Shown here in pieces: positions 7,877 to 17,096 of a stretch of 64,000 nt of DNA. Made by a program: the position numbers and the translations under genes. Numbering within the stretch: position 1 is the first letter of the stretch; each line of letters opens with the position of its first letter. The notes below the pieces were generated by a model. It was not told where the DNA came from, made no database searches, and worked only from the letters and a program-made list of their open reading frames with translations. Origin of the DNA: Candidatus Bathyarchaeum tardum (GTDB lineage Archaea; Thermoproteota; Bathyarchaeia; Bathyarchaeales; Bathyarchaeaceae); contig CP122380.1 in the NCBI GenBank assembly GCA_024650005.2, forward strand, positions 928,001 to 992,000. The letters run 5' to 3'.

Positions 7877-10372
7877 TTATTTGCGTTTTAGGAACCAGTA
7901 TGCGGCTATGCCGATTACTGCTGCGACTGCAACTGCTGCGATGATTGCTACTTCTGTTGTGATGAAGGGTGTTGTTGGTTGGTCACCATCATAGTCTATG
8001 GGTGTAGATGGAGAATGTTGAGGATCAACAACTATTGATGTTTTGTCATGTGAAGGCCAATATGATCCCGAGCCTGTGAAACTTGCCGTTATTACATATT
8101 TTCCTTCATTTTCTGGAACCCATTTATGACTGTAAAATCCACTGCTATCGGTTGGTGTAGTTCCAATATTAATGGAGTTGCCATTGGAATCAATTGCGGT
8201 TAATGTCACTTGTACTCCTGTTACATCTTCGGGTCGTTCGTGCTGCATGTAAACATATTCCATCCACTTGCTTGTTGATTGATCAGAAACTGCTGGTACA
8301 CCTTTTGGAAACCTTGCTACTAAATCAGATCTTTGGGTTCCTGCTGAAATATCAATAACATTGCCCTCTACTAGTACACTACTTCCTTTTGATGATACCT
8401 TTGGTGATGCGGTTACCGAAGTTTCACTAGGTCCTTTGCCTATTGCATATAGTTGGTTGTCGTAGGCATTGAAAGCAACTATTATTCCGTCTCCGATGAG
8501 ATTGGGTCCACCCCATCTCGTGCCATAAATGTTGAGTTTCCATAATTCTGTTCCAGTATTAGCGTCAAGACAAACTAGTGGTCCACCTCGTGGTTTAGGG
8601 TCAATCGGGGAGTGTTCCATTGTGAATAATATTATTTTTTCGTCAGGGGTGAAGAATGAGAAGATAGTCGCCCAGTTATTGCTCCATAGAATTTCATGGT
8701 TAGAATCAACTGCATTGTATTCCCATATAACATTCCCTGTGTTAGGGTCATAGGCTCGAGTTGTGCCTGCATATCCTGTGGAGAATAATTTGCCAAAATG
8801 AACATTTGCTCTAAGACTGAACATGTTCATATAATGTTCAGATTCTGTTGGTCCCCAAAGTTGTTCTCCCGTATCCATATCAAAACCAAAGAACGATTTG
8901 ATTTCTTTAGCAAATAACACAAATACTCCCTCTTCAGTGCTTGATTGCCCTCCCTGTGGTATTGAATAACCTGTAGCAAAATCTCCTGGTGGAGGTTGCC
9001 AACTATTTTGCCACATTAATGTTCCTTCTTCGCCTGGTTTCACACTGATACACCACATTTCTACTGGATCTATTTCTAATCCAATGTTTGCTTCTCCTCG
9101 AGCGTTTGTACCAATAATTCGATCTTCATAGAAGACGGCATTTACGCTTCCTTTAAGACCTGTAGGTATTGAAACATTCCAATCGATTCCCTCCCTTGCG
9201 TCGTAAACATTTCCTTGTGGTCTCCAACTTCCATCATTTGATGTTCCAGAGGTCATGGGTTGTACTGTTCTGCTTGAATTCCATAAAGTCATCCATCCAT
9301 TTTGTGTGTTGACAGTGTAACGATAAATCTCTCCTTTTGGACCATATACGTTGCTTCCGGATGGAACATTTTCCATCGAGTATACCCAACGACCTGTTTG
9401 TACGTCATAGGCATTCCATGTGCTTCCACTAGTTGACCATAGATATGGAAATGCACCGTGCATGTTAAAAGAGTCCCAATAGAAGATTTGTCCGAATGCT
9501 AACCTGTTGTTATCCCAGTTCCTTCGCCATATTTCTTCACCGGTTCGAAGGTCTACCGCAACAACATCTTGTTCAACGTTGGAACCTCCTCGTGGTTGGT
9601 ATTGATTGTAATAGAGAACACCATTTATTATTACAGAATTTTGGAATTTTCCTTCGTATGCATCTCCTTCTTCAAATGCATGATAACCTAAATCAGATCC
9701 AACTAGGCCTCCATATTCTAAGGGTTTAGTCCAAAGTATATGACCTGTTTCAGGTGCTGGACTCGAAACTAAGGGTGCTTGATAGCGTACAGCTGAAAGA
9801 AAGTTGCCAGCGACAGAGGACCATTCCCGCATTTGAGCGTCTATCGGTCGTGTCCAGTATTCTTTTGGCAATGAATGTCCAGGATAATATGGTTGTGCTT
9901 CTTCGGTTACTATTAGTTCAAGTATTTCGCTATCACTTGATTTATAGTGTACAACTCCGGTGAATGGGGACCTTGCTCCTATTCCTCCAGCCCAATCAAA
10001 TGTTTGTTCAGGGAAGTGTGATTGCAGTTTGTATGTTCCAACCATTGTTGGAATAAAAACAGCACCAGTTCCTCCGGTTGAATCAGTTCGGTAAGGACCT
10101 AACGTTTGAGTGTTTCCTTGTGGATCAGTTACAGTTACGGTTAGACCTTCCCAGCTTTGATAGTAATATGCTAAAAAGTCAGGTATGCCTAAGTGTAAAA
10201 GGGTTTCTTGATTAATGCCAACGGGGTTTGGTATCGCACCAATATATGCATGTGTTGCTTTACTGTATTCAATTTCTTGAGCAAATGCTAGAGGCAGGAC
10301 AGCCATTATTGTGGATGATGCCAGTATTAGCAGTAGGGTAAATGAAAAAATTCTTGTTTCTTTTTGTTTCAT
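7877..10372 (-). CDS. Secreted, membrane-anchored PQQ-type beta-propeller repeat protein (paralog B)
   Basis: Same architecture as 4321-6837; shared motifs DSTGGTG, APETGHILW, GDAYE, AFGQ.FYWDS.N.HGAF, PKGVPAVSD. Confidence 0.85.
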   Translation of the reverse strand: MKQKETRIFSFTLLLILASSTIMAVLPLAFAQEIEYSKATHAYIGAIPNPVGINQETLLHLGIPDFLAYYYQSWEGLTVTVTDPQGNTQTLGPYRTDSTGGTGAVFIPTMVGTYKLQSHFPEQTFDWAGGIGARSPFTGVVHYKSSDSEILELIVTEEAQPYYPGHSLPKEYWTRPIDAQMREWSSVAGNFLSAVRYQAPLVSSPAPETGHILWTKPLEYGGLVGSDLGYHAFEEGDAYEGKFQNSVIINGVLYYNQYQPRGGSNVEQDVVAVDLRTGEEIWRRNWDNNRLAFGQIFYWDSFNMHGAFPYLWSTSGSTWNAYDVQTGRWVYSMENVPSGSNVYGPKGEIYRYTVNTQNGWMTLWNSSRTVQPMTSGTSNDGSWRPQGNVYDAREGIDWNVSIPTGLKGSVNAVFYEDRIIGTNARGEANIGLEIDPVEMWCISVKPGEEGTLMWQNSWQPPPGDFATGYSIPQGGQSSTEEGVFVLFAKEIKSFFGFDMDTGEQLWGPTESEHYMNMFSLRANVHFGKLFSTGYAGTTRAYDPNTGNVIWEYNAVDSNHEILWSNNWATIFSFFTPDEKIILFTMEHSPIDPKPRGGPLVCLDANTGTELWKLNIYGTRWGGPNLIGDGIIVAFNAYDNQLYAIGKGPSETSVTASPKVSSKGSSVLVEGNVIDISAGTQRSDLVARFPKGVPAVSDQSTSKWMEYVYMQHERPEDVTGVQVTLTAIDSNGNSINIGTTPTDSSGFYSHKWVPENEGKYVITASFTGSGSYWPSHDKTSIVVDPQHSPSTPIDYDGDQPTTPFITTEVAIIAAVAVAAVIGIAAYWFLKRK

Positions 10373-10572
10373 TTTTTATTCCTTCATATTTTGTGGTATA
10401 GATTACGCTTAGATTTGTTTTTAAATTTTTGGATGGAATTAATTTTTTTCAAATATTTCGGTAAAAATAGCTGATATTATTACTGAAATTTTTGATTATT
10501 TTTTAATTGTTAAATGTAAAATATTGTTGAGAAACATTCATTTGGATCCATATGTGTACTGGTAAAAAAGGT
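10373..10572. promoter_or_regulatory. Duplicated 200-bp upstream block, copy B (intergenic between propeller B and the Lrp gene)
   Basis: About 93% identical to 6838-7037 by manual count; AT-rich; lies between divergent genes. Confidence 0.8.
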
Positions 10573-11560
10573 GAATTGTGCCCTGTCAATCGATGAAGTT
10601 GATGGAATTATTTTAAAAGAATTGCTTCAAAATGGTCGCACAAGTTTTAGAGTAATTGCTGAACGTGCAAACACTTCCCAAGACATTATCAGGCAGCATT
10701 ATAAAAAAATGAAAAAAGAGGGCATAATTGTTGGATCTGCAATACAATTAGATTGTTCTGCAATGGGTTTTGAAACTGTAGGGCGGCTACATGTGTCTGT
10801 TTTATCTGATTCCCAAGAATATGTTGCAGGTATTATTGGCAAAATCAATAAAGTATCTAGTGTTTCCCAAGAAAATATTGAACCGAAGATACGAGCGGTT
10901 GTAATATTAAAAAATTTGAGGGAGCTAGAAGAAATTACCCACACCATAAAACAAATCCCCTGCGTTTTGGGAGTTACAACTGAAATATGGATTGGAATAA
11001 GAAATATTGTGGATAATTTATCCGTGTTGCCATCTAATACTCAAAATATTGACATGAATATGCACAAAATAAACCTTAAAAATCAATTTGAAAATTCTAA
11101 GATAAAACTTGACCAAATGGATAAAAAAATAATAGACAAATTGAAAGGAAATGGCAAAGTCCCTTTTAGAAAAATTGCTCAAGAATTGGGGGCTTCTACT
11201 GACACTATTTCTCGAAGAGTTAAAAAATTATTTGAAAATAAAATAATTAAACCAGTAATCCAGATAAATCCATCAAAATTGGGTTATGCTGCAAAAGTTC
11301 ACTTAAATTTAGCTTTTGCTTCAACAGAAAAGTTATCAACGATCATAGATTGCCTTGCTCAAATACCGGATATAACTTTAATAATTGAAACAAGTGGCGG
11401 TTACGACCTTTTTGTAAAAGCATACATAAAAAATATTGAACATCTGTTTTCAATTCAAAAGGAAATTAAAAAAATACTTGGAATTTCTAAGATAAAAATT
11501 CAGATTTTTGAAATAGACTCAAAAATACCAAGAAACTCTGAATACATATCAAATTTTTAA
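10571..11560 (+). CDS. Lrp/AsnC family transcriptional regulator with tandem-duplicated HTH+RAM units
   Basis: Two HTH segments (IDEVDGIILKELLQNGRTSFRVIAE; LDQMDKKIIDKLKGNGKVPFRKIAQELG), each followed by an AsnC-type ligand domain. Confidence 0.85.
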   Translation: MNCALSIDEVDGIILKELLQNGRTSFRVIAERANTSQDIIRQHYKKMKKEGIIVGSAIQLDCSAMGFETVGRLHVSVLSDSQEYVAGIIGKINKVSSVSQENIEPKIRAVVILKNLRELEEITHTIKQIPCVLGVTTEIWIGIRNIVDNLSVLPSNTQNIDMNMHKINLKNQFENSKIKLDQMDKKIIDKLKGNGKVPFRKIAQELGASTDTISRRVKKLFENKIIKPVIQINPSKLGYAAKVHLNLAFASTEKLSTIIDCLAQIPDITLIIETSGGYDLFVKAYIKNIEHLFSIQKEIKKILGISKIKIQIFEIDSKIPRNSEYISNF

Positions 11561-12034
11561 TTGTTTAATTATATTATATTTTTTAAAAAAATTTAAAATA
11601 AAAATCCAAATTGATGTTGGTGGCAATTCACTTGTATTTTTGTTGCCAAAAAACTCTTGGTGGGAATATTGTTTAGTTCGGAACAAACTGTTAATTTTTC
11701 AAAATTTTAACTATTGTTGCATAATTTACTAGGTGTAACAATTTTTGTTGTCTTCTAACAAAACAAAAAACCCGCTCTATAAACAATGCTTGGGAAAAAC
11801 CTTTGGATATTCTTGTGAAAACTGTGCAATCCGAAGCTATTGTGACGGAATTCCAGAAAAACAAACAAAACATGCATGAATTCTTTTTCTATAGATAACT
11901 GCTAACAATTGCCAAAGTAGTCAATAATAACTGCAATTGCATTTTCAGCATACTTCATTTGCTCAATATGGTAAGAGATAGCATTGTAATTAATGATTTC
12001 AACATTTTTTTTGCAAACTCCCTGATGCTTTCTT

Positions 12035-12286
12035 TTAAAAGTCATGAATCATGTCTTCACTAAAAAAAGCTTCAACCACCACTTCTATAACTTGGTTTGC
12101 GATGTCGTCGCCAGCTTCTTTCATTGCCATTGACATTAATACTGTTTTGTGGATTTGTTTGCGGGCGTCTTTTAGCTTTTTAAGGCTAGTTTTAAGTGTC
12201 TCTGAAATTATTTCCTTTTTTTCGCAATTAGACAAACGAATTGTTGATGTTGTTGTTTTAGCATTTTTAATTATTGTTGCATTCAC
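12035..12286 (-). CDS. Hypothetical protein
   Basis: 83-aa ORF co-oriented with neighbouring element genes; no recognisable motif. Confidence 0.4.
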   Translation of the reverse strand: MNATIIKNAKTTTSTIRLSNCEKKEIISETLKTSLKKLKDARKQIHKTVLMSMAMKEAGDDIANQVIEVVVEAFFSEDMIHDF

Positions 12287-12486
12287 GGGCTATTCACATC
12301 CCCTGTGAATTTTTTTCTTCATCTAGTGCGTGAAAAATAGAATCATTAGATAATCAGATTATGTGTTTTGAATACTTATTATCTTTATGAATTCAAAATC
12401 CATGTTTTAAAGAAAATTGTGTGCTGGTCTTTCCCCCAAAAATAAGGAATGTTTTAAGCATTTTTTGGGGGTGTTGGGTCTATTTT

Positions 12487-12972
12487 TTAATATTCTTCTG
12501 GAAGCATTGCTGAGTAGCGTCCGGTTTCGTTTTGGGATATGAAGATTTTTTGGTGTTCTCCGTTGGGTAACTCGATTTTTCCGCTGATGAAATAATCGTT
12601 TTTAGGTTTTCTTTTAAAGATTTGAGTTGCTTGGAAAATAAAATCTAAAATGTTGGGGAAATTAAGGGAGGGATTTAAGCAGTTTAGGGATTTTTCGACG
12701 TTTAGATAGACTGTGCAGGTTTGGCAACGGGGGGTTTTGCCTTGTTCGCCGTTTTTGACGCCGTGTTTGCAGCAGTTATTCCAGTAACCTTTGCTGAGCA
12801 ATCCAGCTGTGATGTATTTAAGAAAAAAATTTGAACTAAATTTAGCAGGTACAAGCTGGTCAAGGTCAAAAAGGATGCCGTCTTCGGCTGCTTGCTCGCT
12901 AGTGTAAGTGTAGATAACCTCGTTTTGTTCAAAAAAGCGTTTGGCTTTTTCGTCATTAGTTTTGTTGTTCAT
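12487..12972 (-). CDS. MGE-associated hypothetical protein (DUF6573-like) with Cys-rich insert
   Basis: YTYTSEQAAEDGILFD at the N-terminus and MLPEEY at the C-terminus resemble that family; CC...CQTC...C insert. Confidence 0.55.
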   Translation of the reverse strand: MNNKTNDEKAKRFFEQNEVIYTYTSEQAAEDGILFDLDQLVPAKFSSNFFLKYITAGLLSKGYWNNCCKHGVKNGEQGKTPRCQTCTVYLNVEKSLNCLNPSLNFPNILDFIFQATQIFKRKPKNDYFISGKIELPNGEHQKIFISQNETGRYSAMLPEEY

Positions 12973-12975
12973 GTG

Positions 12976-13256
12976 TTATTGCCTTTGGGTGATTGGTTGG
13001 GTTGCTGCAACAAAAGTTTTGATTTCTGCAAGTAGTTGCTTGCCTGCGATAAGGTCAAGTTCTGGAGTTCGGAGATCTTGAACCATTTTGTTGAGAAGAT
13101 TTTGCCATTTGTAGTAGTCGTTGCTGTAGAAGGATTGTAGTTTGGCTGAAAATGCTGCTTTTTTAAGTTCAATTTTATCTTGTTCTCGCAGCTGAAGAAC
13201 GGGGCCATGTCCTAATCTTAGGGGTTTTTTTGGATTATTTCTTGGTTTTGAATCAT
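12976..13256 (-). pseudogene. ~93-aa hypothetical gene interrupted by a -1 frameshift at A7C4
   Basis: ATG 13256 reads MIQNQEIIQKNP-stop; the -1 frame continues PLRLGHGPVLQLREQ...TQPITQRQ to TAA 12976. Confidence 0.45.
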
Positions 13257-13457
13257 TTCTTATCCATTACTGTATTGCTTTGCCCTATTTGATTTCTAGG
13301 TATGAACTGGGAGTATGATTTAATCGTTTAAAGAACTAAAAAGCGGTCTGAAGCATTGATTTTTTTACTTTTACTGTTCTCTGTCTGCCGGTTAGAGGTT
13401 TGTTTCAAGATTTACCTTATATTTTAATGAAATTGTTGATCTTCAAGGTGCGGGCTA

Positions 13458-13670
13458 ATGAAAATTCGTTGTCGAAAATCCAAGAAACAGTATTTGGGTA
13501 AAAAAAATGTTTACGAGTATAGGGCGCTTTCTATTGGGATTCCATCAAGATTTCATAAAGATGTTGAACCCTTCTTAGATACGAATCTAAAGATGCGCCT
13601 TAAATTAGAGAAAAATCGAATTGTTATTGTTTTGGAGCCCCGACAAAACGTTTCTACAAACAGAAAATAA
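13458..13670 (+). CDS. Small basic protein, possible AbrB/SpoVT-like DNA-binding protein
   Basis: SIGIPSRFH...LKMRLKLEKNRIVIVLEP pattern; GGTG RBS-like motif upstream. Confidence 0.5.
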   Translation: MKIRCRKSKKQYLGKKNVYEYRALSIGIPSRFHKDVEPFLDTNLKMRLKLEKNRIVIVLEPRQNVSTNRK

Positions 13671-13720
13671 CTCAAACTTATTAAGGTGCATAACATGTTC
13701 AATATTTTAGTGATGTTACG

Positions 13721-13939
13721 ATGGCTAAGTCTGCGTATCTTGATGAGAATGACCGAAAACTCATTTTAGAGACTAGGCAGAAACTTGATGAGGTCACAAA
13801 TCTGATGGATGAACTTCTGGAAACAGTCGAGATTTTAGGTGACCCAGAAATGATGAAGAACATCAATGAAGGCAAAGAAGACATCAAAGCCGGACGAGTA
13901 AAAGACCTGCAATCCCTCTTACAGGAAGAAGCCACTTGA
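13721..13939 (+). CDS. Antitoxin (Phd/YefM C-terminal-like, RelB-type)
   Basis: LLETVEILGDPEMMKNINEGKEDIKAGRV motif; stop overlaps TTG of the downstream RelE. Confidence 0.75.
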   Translation: MAKSAYLDENDRKLILETRQKLDEVTNLMDELLETVEILGDPEMMKNINEGKEDIKAGRVKDLQSLLQEEAT

Positions 13940-14192
13940 CCTAACTGTTCTGCTGTCACGGCAAGCAGAAAATTTTTACAAGAAACTGAATACGCCACTG
14001 AAAGATAAAGTTAGAGAAGCGCTAATAGCTTTACAGACCCAGCCATGCCTTGGAAAGCCTCTGCATGGAGACTTGAAAGGAAACTACAGCATCAGAATTG
14101 GAAAAACAAGAATCATCTATTCTGTCTCAGAAAAGGATAAAACAATATACACAGTAGCGATAGGTTCAAGAAAAACGATTTACCAAAAATAA
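13936..14192 (+). pseudogene. RelE/ParE-family toxin with a frameshift in codon 3
   Basis: TTG ACC TA- ACT GTT...; the shifted frame reads TVLLSRQAENFYKKL...GKPLHGDLKGNYSIRIGKTRIIYSV...AIGSRKTIYQK. Confidence 0.8.
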
Positions 14193-14396
14193 TTATACCT
14201 TAGGAAAAACGTTTCTGCAAACAGAAGATCCCTCGGTAAAAACATGTGAATTTTCAGGGTTTCTACTGCATTTTTAACATAAATTAGTCATTACTTTTCT
14301 TATATGGGTCGACAGAAACGTTTTCCTATAGGCTTTTCTGCAGACAGAAACGTTTTGCAGGGGATTTTTGGTGCATAAAATTGTGTAAAAAAGTGA

Positions 14397-14822
14397 ATGC
14401 CTACTCTGCCTCATTTCTGGGGCACAGTTGGGCGAGACCTAGTGGCGAGAATCAAACATGAAACTGTTAAGCCTTCAGTCTTCAAAGGCAAAGAAGCTAA
14501 ACTAAACCGAGCCATATTTCAGGTTCTTGCCCAAAAAAGTCCCCAAACAGCTTGGGAACTTTTCAATCAATTAACAAAACAGAAACATCTTTTAGACCTC
14601 AAGTATTGGGTCTTAATTCGAAGAATAAAGAAACTTCAAGAATCAGACTTTTTAATGAAAGTTGGCGAAACAAAAACAATGCCCGGCACAGAAACTGGAC
14701 AATATCAACTAACTCCCAGAGCTGAACTCGCCATAGTTTTAGACCAAGTAAATCTGGACAAATTTCTCTTAAAAGCTGATTATCATCAAATCCTTACTGC
14801 TCTTGAAGCATTTCGGAATTAA
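14397..14822 (+). CDS. Winged-helix DNA-binding protein
   Basis: AIFQVLAQKSPQTAWELFNQL...VLIRRIKKLQESDFL...YQLTPRA wHTH pattern. Confidence 0.65.
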   Translation: MPTLPHFWGTVGRDLVARIKHETVKPSVFKGKEAKLNRAIFQVLAQKSPQTAWELFNQLTKQKHLLDLKYWVLIRRIKKLQESDFLMKVGETKTMPGTETGQYQLTPRAELAIVLDQVNLDKFLLKADYHQILTALEAFRN

Positions 14823-14851
14823 ATCAATAACCTCTAAAACTTTTCTTGTAA

Positions 14852-14896
14852 TAGTCACTTTGTACGCCTCAGCAAAGTGAGTAGTCACTTTGTACG
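14852..14896. repeat. 15-bp perfect direct repeat (TAGTCACTTTGTACG, 30-bp period) with an inverted CAAAGTGA between the copies
   Basis: Copies at 14852-14866 and 14882-14896; CAAAGTGA at 14873-14880; just upstream of the integrase operon. Confidence 0.75.
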
Positions 14897-14948
14897 TGCC
14901 AGAAAGCCCTTAACCTTTTGAAGTTGCATAGTTTAAAGGTGAAATTAT

Positions 14949-15191
14949 TTGGTTAATTTGGTTGAAGATTGGGAATCAATAGAAGAGTATGCTGGTGACA
15001 AGCAGGGCTTCTATCAGATCCTTCAGGGTGGAATAGGCGTAGAAATACGTGTAACTGTAGGCAAACTGGGATACAAGCAAAGTTTTGACAATTCCAAAGA
15101 TCCGCTCCTTGAACGGATAATAAAATTCTGTGGATTCCAGAGCTACGTCAAAATAAGCGAAAGCATCAGAGACGAACAATTCTTCAAGTGA
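14949..15191 (+). CDS. Hypothetical protein (first gene of integrase operon)
   Basis: 80-aa ORF, AGGTGA RBS, tightly packed with next genes. Confidence 0.65.
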   Translation: MVNLVEDWESIEEYAGDKQGFYQILQGGIGVEIRVTVGKLGYKQSFDNSKDPLLERIIKFCGFQSYVKISESIRDEQFFK

Positions 15192-15197
15192 AAAGCA

Positions 15198-15548
15198 ATG
15201 GCTAAAGCCATCCCCTTAGGTTCCGTGGTTTATGTTCGCTATCTGGACCATGTTCTTTTCAAGAATGTTCCAAATCCAATAGAGGAACCTGCAGAACGTG
15301 AAACTATAGGATGGCTTACCAAAGACGAAAAGGAAATTGTCTGTATAGAAAACGACAGAACCTTAGATAAGCTACCATATTCGAGCGGATCAGGCAGTGG
15401 TTTAGTCTTACTTAAAAGCTGCATCATAGAAATACGTTTGACACCGATACAAAATGTTTCAGGCTGGACTTTAATTCCTAGGAACACTAACTTTAGAAAT
15501 GCTGAATCTGCGCTTCAGACAAACAAGCGAAAAATTCAGCCGAAGTAA
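15198..15548 (+). CDS. Hypothetical beta-rich virus/MGE-type protein
   Basis: VYVRYLDH...ETIGWL...LVLLKSCIIEI; operon position before integrase. Confidence 0.6.
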   Translation: MAKAIPLGSVVYVRYLDHVLFKNVPNPIEEPAERETIGWLTKDEKEIVCIENDRTLDKLPYSSGSGSGLVLLKSCIIEIRLTPIQNVSGWTLIPRNTNFRNAESALQTNKRKIQPK

Positions 15549-15566
15549 AACAAGGAAGGAAAAAAC

Positions 15567-17066
15567 ATGGAGACGCTGAAACCGACCTCTCACACACCAC
15601 GTACCCGACTTGAATTGATCCAAGACAGAGCCATCCCCTCTGATCCATTAAAACCAAATCAGCTCATAATCAAGCCAAAACAGTTGACTAGAACGGACAT
15701 TGAAAAACTTCAATTCGGTAGGATTCAAGACGACAATTTAGTTTTGGAAAGAAGCACAAGAGGTTTCAAACTAAAGACCGAAGTAAAGATACCCCTAAAA
15801 GACGTCTATGAAGTATCATCAATCGGACTGGTCAAATACGTAATAGCTAGCCTATCAAAAGGAAGACCCAAATTGGCTCCTTTTGTGTTTGAGAATAAGA
15901 GCCTACTAAAACTTGCCAACTACCTTCTACGATACCGAACAGGTAGCCTAGCAACATTATACCTATACGTTGACTGTATATGGCACTATACTCAAAGAAC
16001 AGGATTAAGCCCTGACCAATTAATTTTAGATGTCAAAGATGAATATGAACTGCCAAAACACTACAGAATCCCATACCACATCAAAGCCTTGGAAGACTAC
16101 ACCAGCGAACTTCAAGACAGAGGACTGGCACCGTCAAGAATATCCAATTACATCAAAGCCATACGAGCCTTATACCGAGTAAACAGCATAGATATCAAAC
16201 TGCCCCAATCCCTAAGCCGAAGACCAGTCACAAGAGATAGAGCACCAAAACCAGAAGAACTCAGCCAGATTATGGACCTCGCAGACCTAAGAGAAAGAGT
16301 TATAGTCAGCATGCTCGCCCTAGGCGGATTTCGCCAAGGAACCTTAGTGAAACTCAAATATAGACATGTGGAAGAAGAACTCGAAAAAGGAATAACACCC
16401 CTACATATACATGTGGAAGCAGCGATTACAAAAGGAAAATACCACGACTATGACACCTTCATAGGAAAAGAAGCTGTAACATATCTCCGGGAATACCTAG
16501 AAACACGCCGACTAGGAAGCCCAGATGGCAAAATCCCACCAGAAACCATCACTAGCGACTCTCCTCTGATCCGAAGCAAAACTACCCGAGCAGTTATACC
16601 AATTGTACAAAAAACAGTCTACCATTCGGTCCACAACCTATACTTCAAAGCTAGATTACTGAAGAAAAGTTCTGGCAGCTCTTACACCCTTAGAGTCCAT
16701 AGTATAAGAAAATTCTTCAAAACCCAACTCCTAGCTCTTGGCGTCCAAGCAGACTACGTTGACTACATGATGGGACATACAATTGACGTGTACCATGACA
16801 TCCAAATGAAGGGAATAGATTACCTACGTAACATCTACAGTTCTTCCGGATTATCAATAAGACCCAAAACCTCAACATCAAAAATGGACGCCTTAAAAGA
16901 GATCATCAGAGCATGGGGACTCAATCCCGAAGAAATTCTAACAAGAGAAGCAATGTCTAAACCTCACCGAACTGTCATTTCTCCACCAGAATATGAAAAC
17001 ATGGAACTCAAAATTCTCTGCAATGCCCTAAAAGAAGCAATGATAAAAGGAACTGCAACCCAATGA
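15567..17066 (+). CDS. Tyrosine recombinase / site-specific integrase
   Basis: Catalytic R (GGFRQGTL), K (ITKGK), HxxR (HSIRKFF), H (MMGH), Y (DVYH). Confidence 0.92.
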   Translation: METLKPTSHTPRTRLELIQDRAIPSDPLKPNQLIIKPKQLTRTDIEKLQFGRIQDDNLVLERSTRGFKLKTEVKIPLKDVYEVSSIGLVKYVIASLSKGRPKLAPFVFENKSLLKLANYLLRYRTGSLATLYLYVDCIWHYTQRTGLSPDQLILDVKDEYELPKHYRIPYHIKALEDYTSELQDRGLAPSRISNYIKAIRALYRVNSIDIKLPQSLSRRPVTRDRAPKPEELSQIMDLADLRERVIVSMLALGGFRQGTLVKLKYRHVEEELEKGITPLHIHVEAAITKGKYHDYDTFIGKEAVTYLREYLETRRLGSPDGKIPPETITSDSPLIRSKTTRAVIPIVQKTVYHSVHNLYFKARLLKKSSGSSYTLRVHSIRKFFKTQLLALGVQADYVDYMMGHTIDVYHDIQMKGIDYLRNIYSSSGLSIRPKTSTSKMDALKEIIRAWGLNPEEILTREAMSKPHRTVISPPEYENMELKILCNALKEAMIKGTATQ

Positions 17067-17096
17067 ACAATAAAATTCCCATCCAGCACCTCTTAA

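Larger units (their letters stand above)
13645..14356. repeat. Four copies of an AAAACGTTTCTG-N4-CAGAA-type box (two direct, two inverted)
   Basis: 13645-13665 and 14206-14226 match at 20/21; inverted copies at 14313-14324 (partial) and 14336-14356. Confidence 0.7.

Noticed and set aside
4321-10372. Calling the propeller proteins PQQ-dependent dehydrogenases
   Set aside because: Only the structural repeat motif is visible; no vicinal Cys-Cys or other clear quinoprotein catalytic signature, and no pqq genes in the window.
4321-10372. Diversity-generating retroelement
   Set aside because: No reverse transcriptase, and repeat differences are not adenine-specific or located in a coding variable region.
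12433-12471. CCCCCAAAAA...TTTTTGGGGG inverted repeat
   Set aside because: Adequately explained as a terminator-like hairpin after the 12487-12972 gene.
12969-13208. 79-aa ORF from the track
   Set aside because: Low-complexity shadow-like composition; the overlapping frameshifted frame 13256-12976 looks more protein-like, although the ATGA overlap with the next gene means it cannot be fully excluded.
14852-14896. Mini-CRISPR interpretation of the 15-bp direct repeat
   Set aside because: Only two repeats, repeat and spacer both 15 bp, no cas genes or leader in the window.
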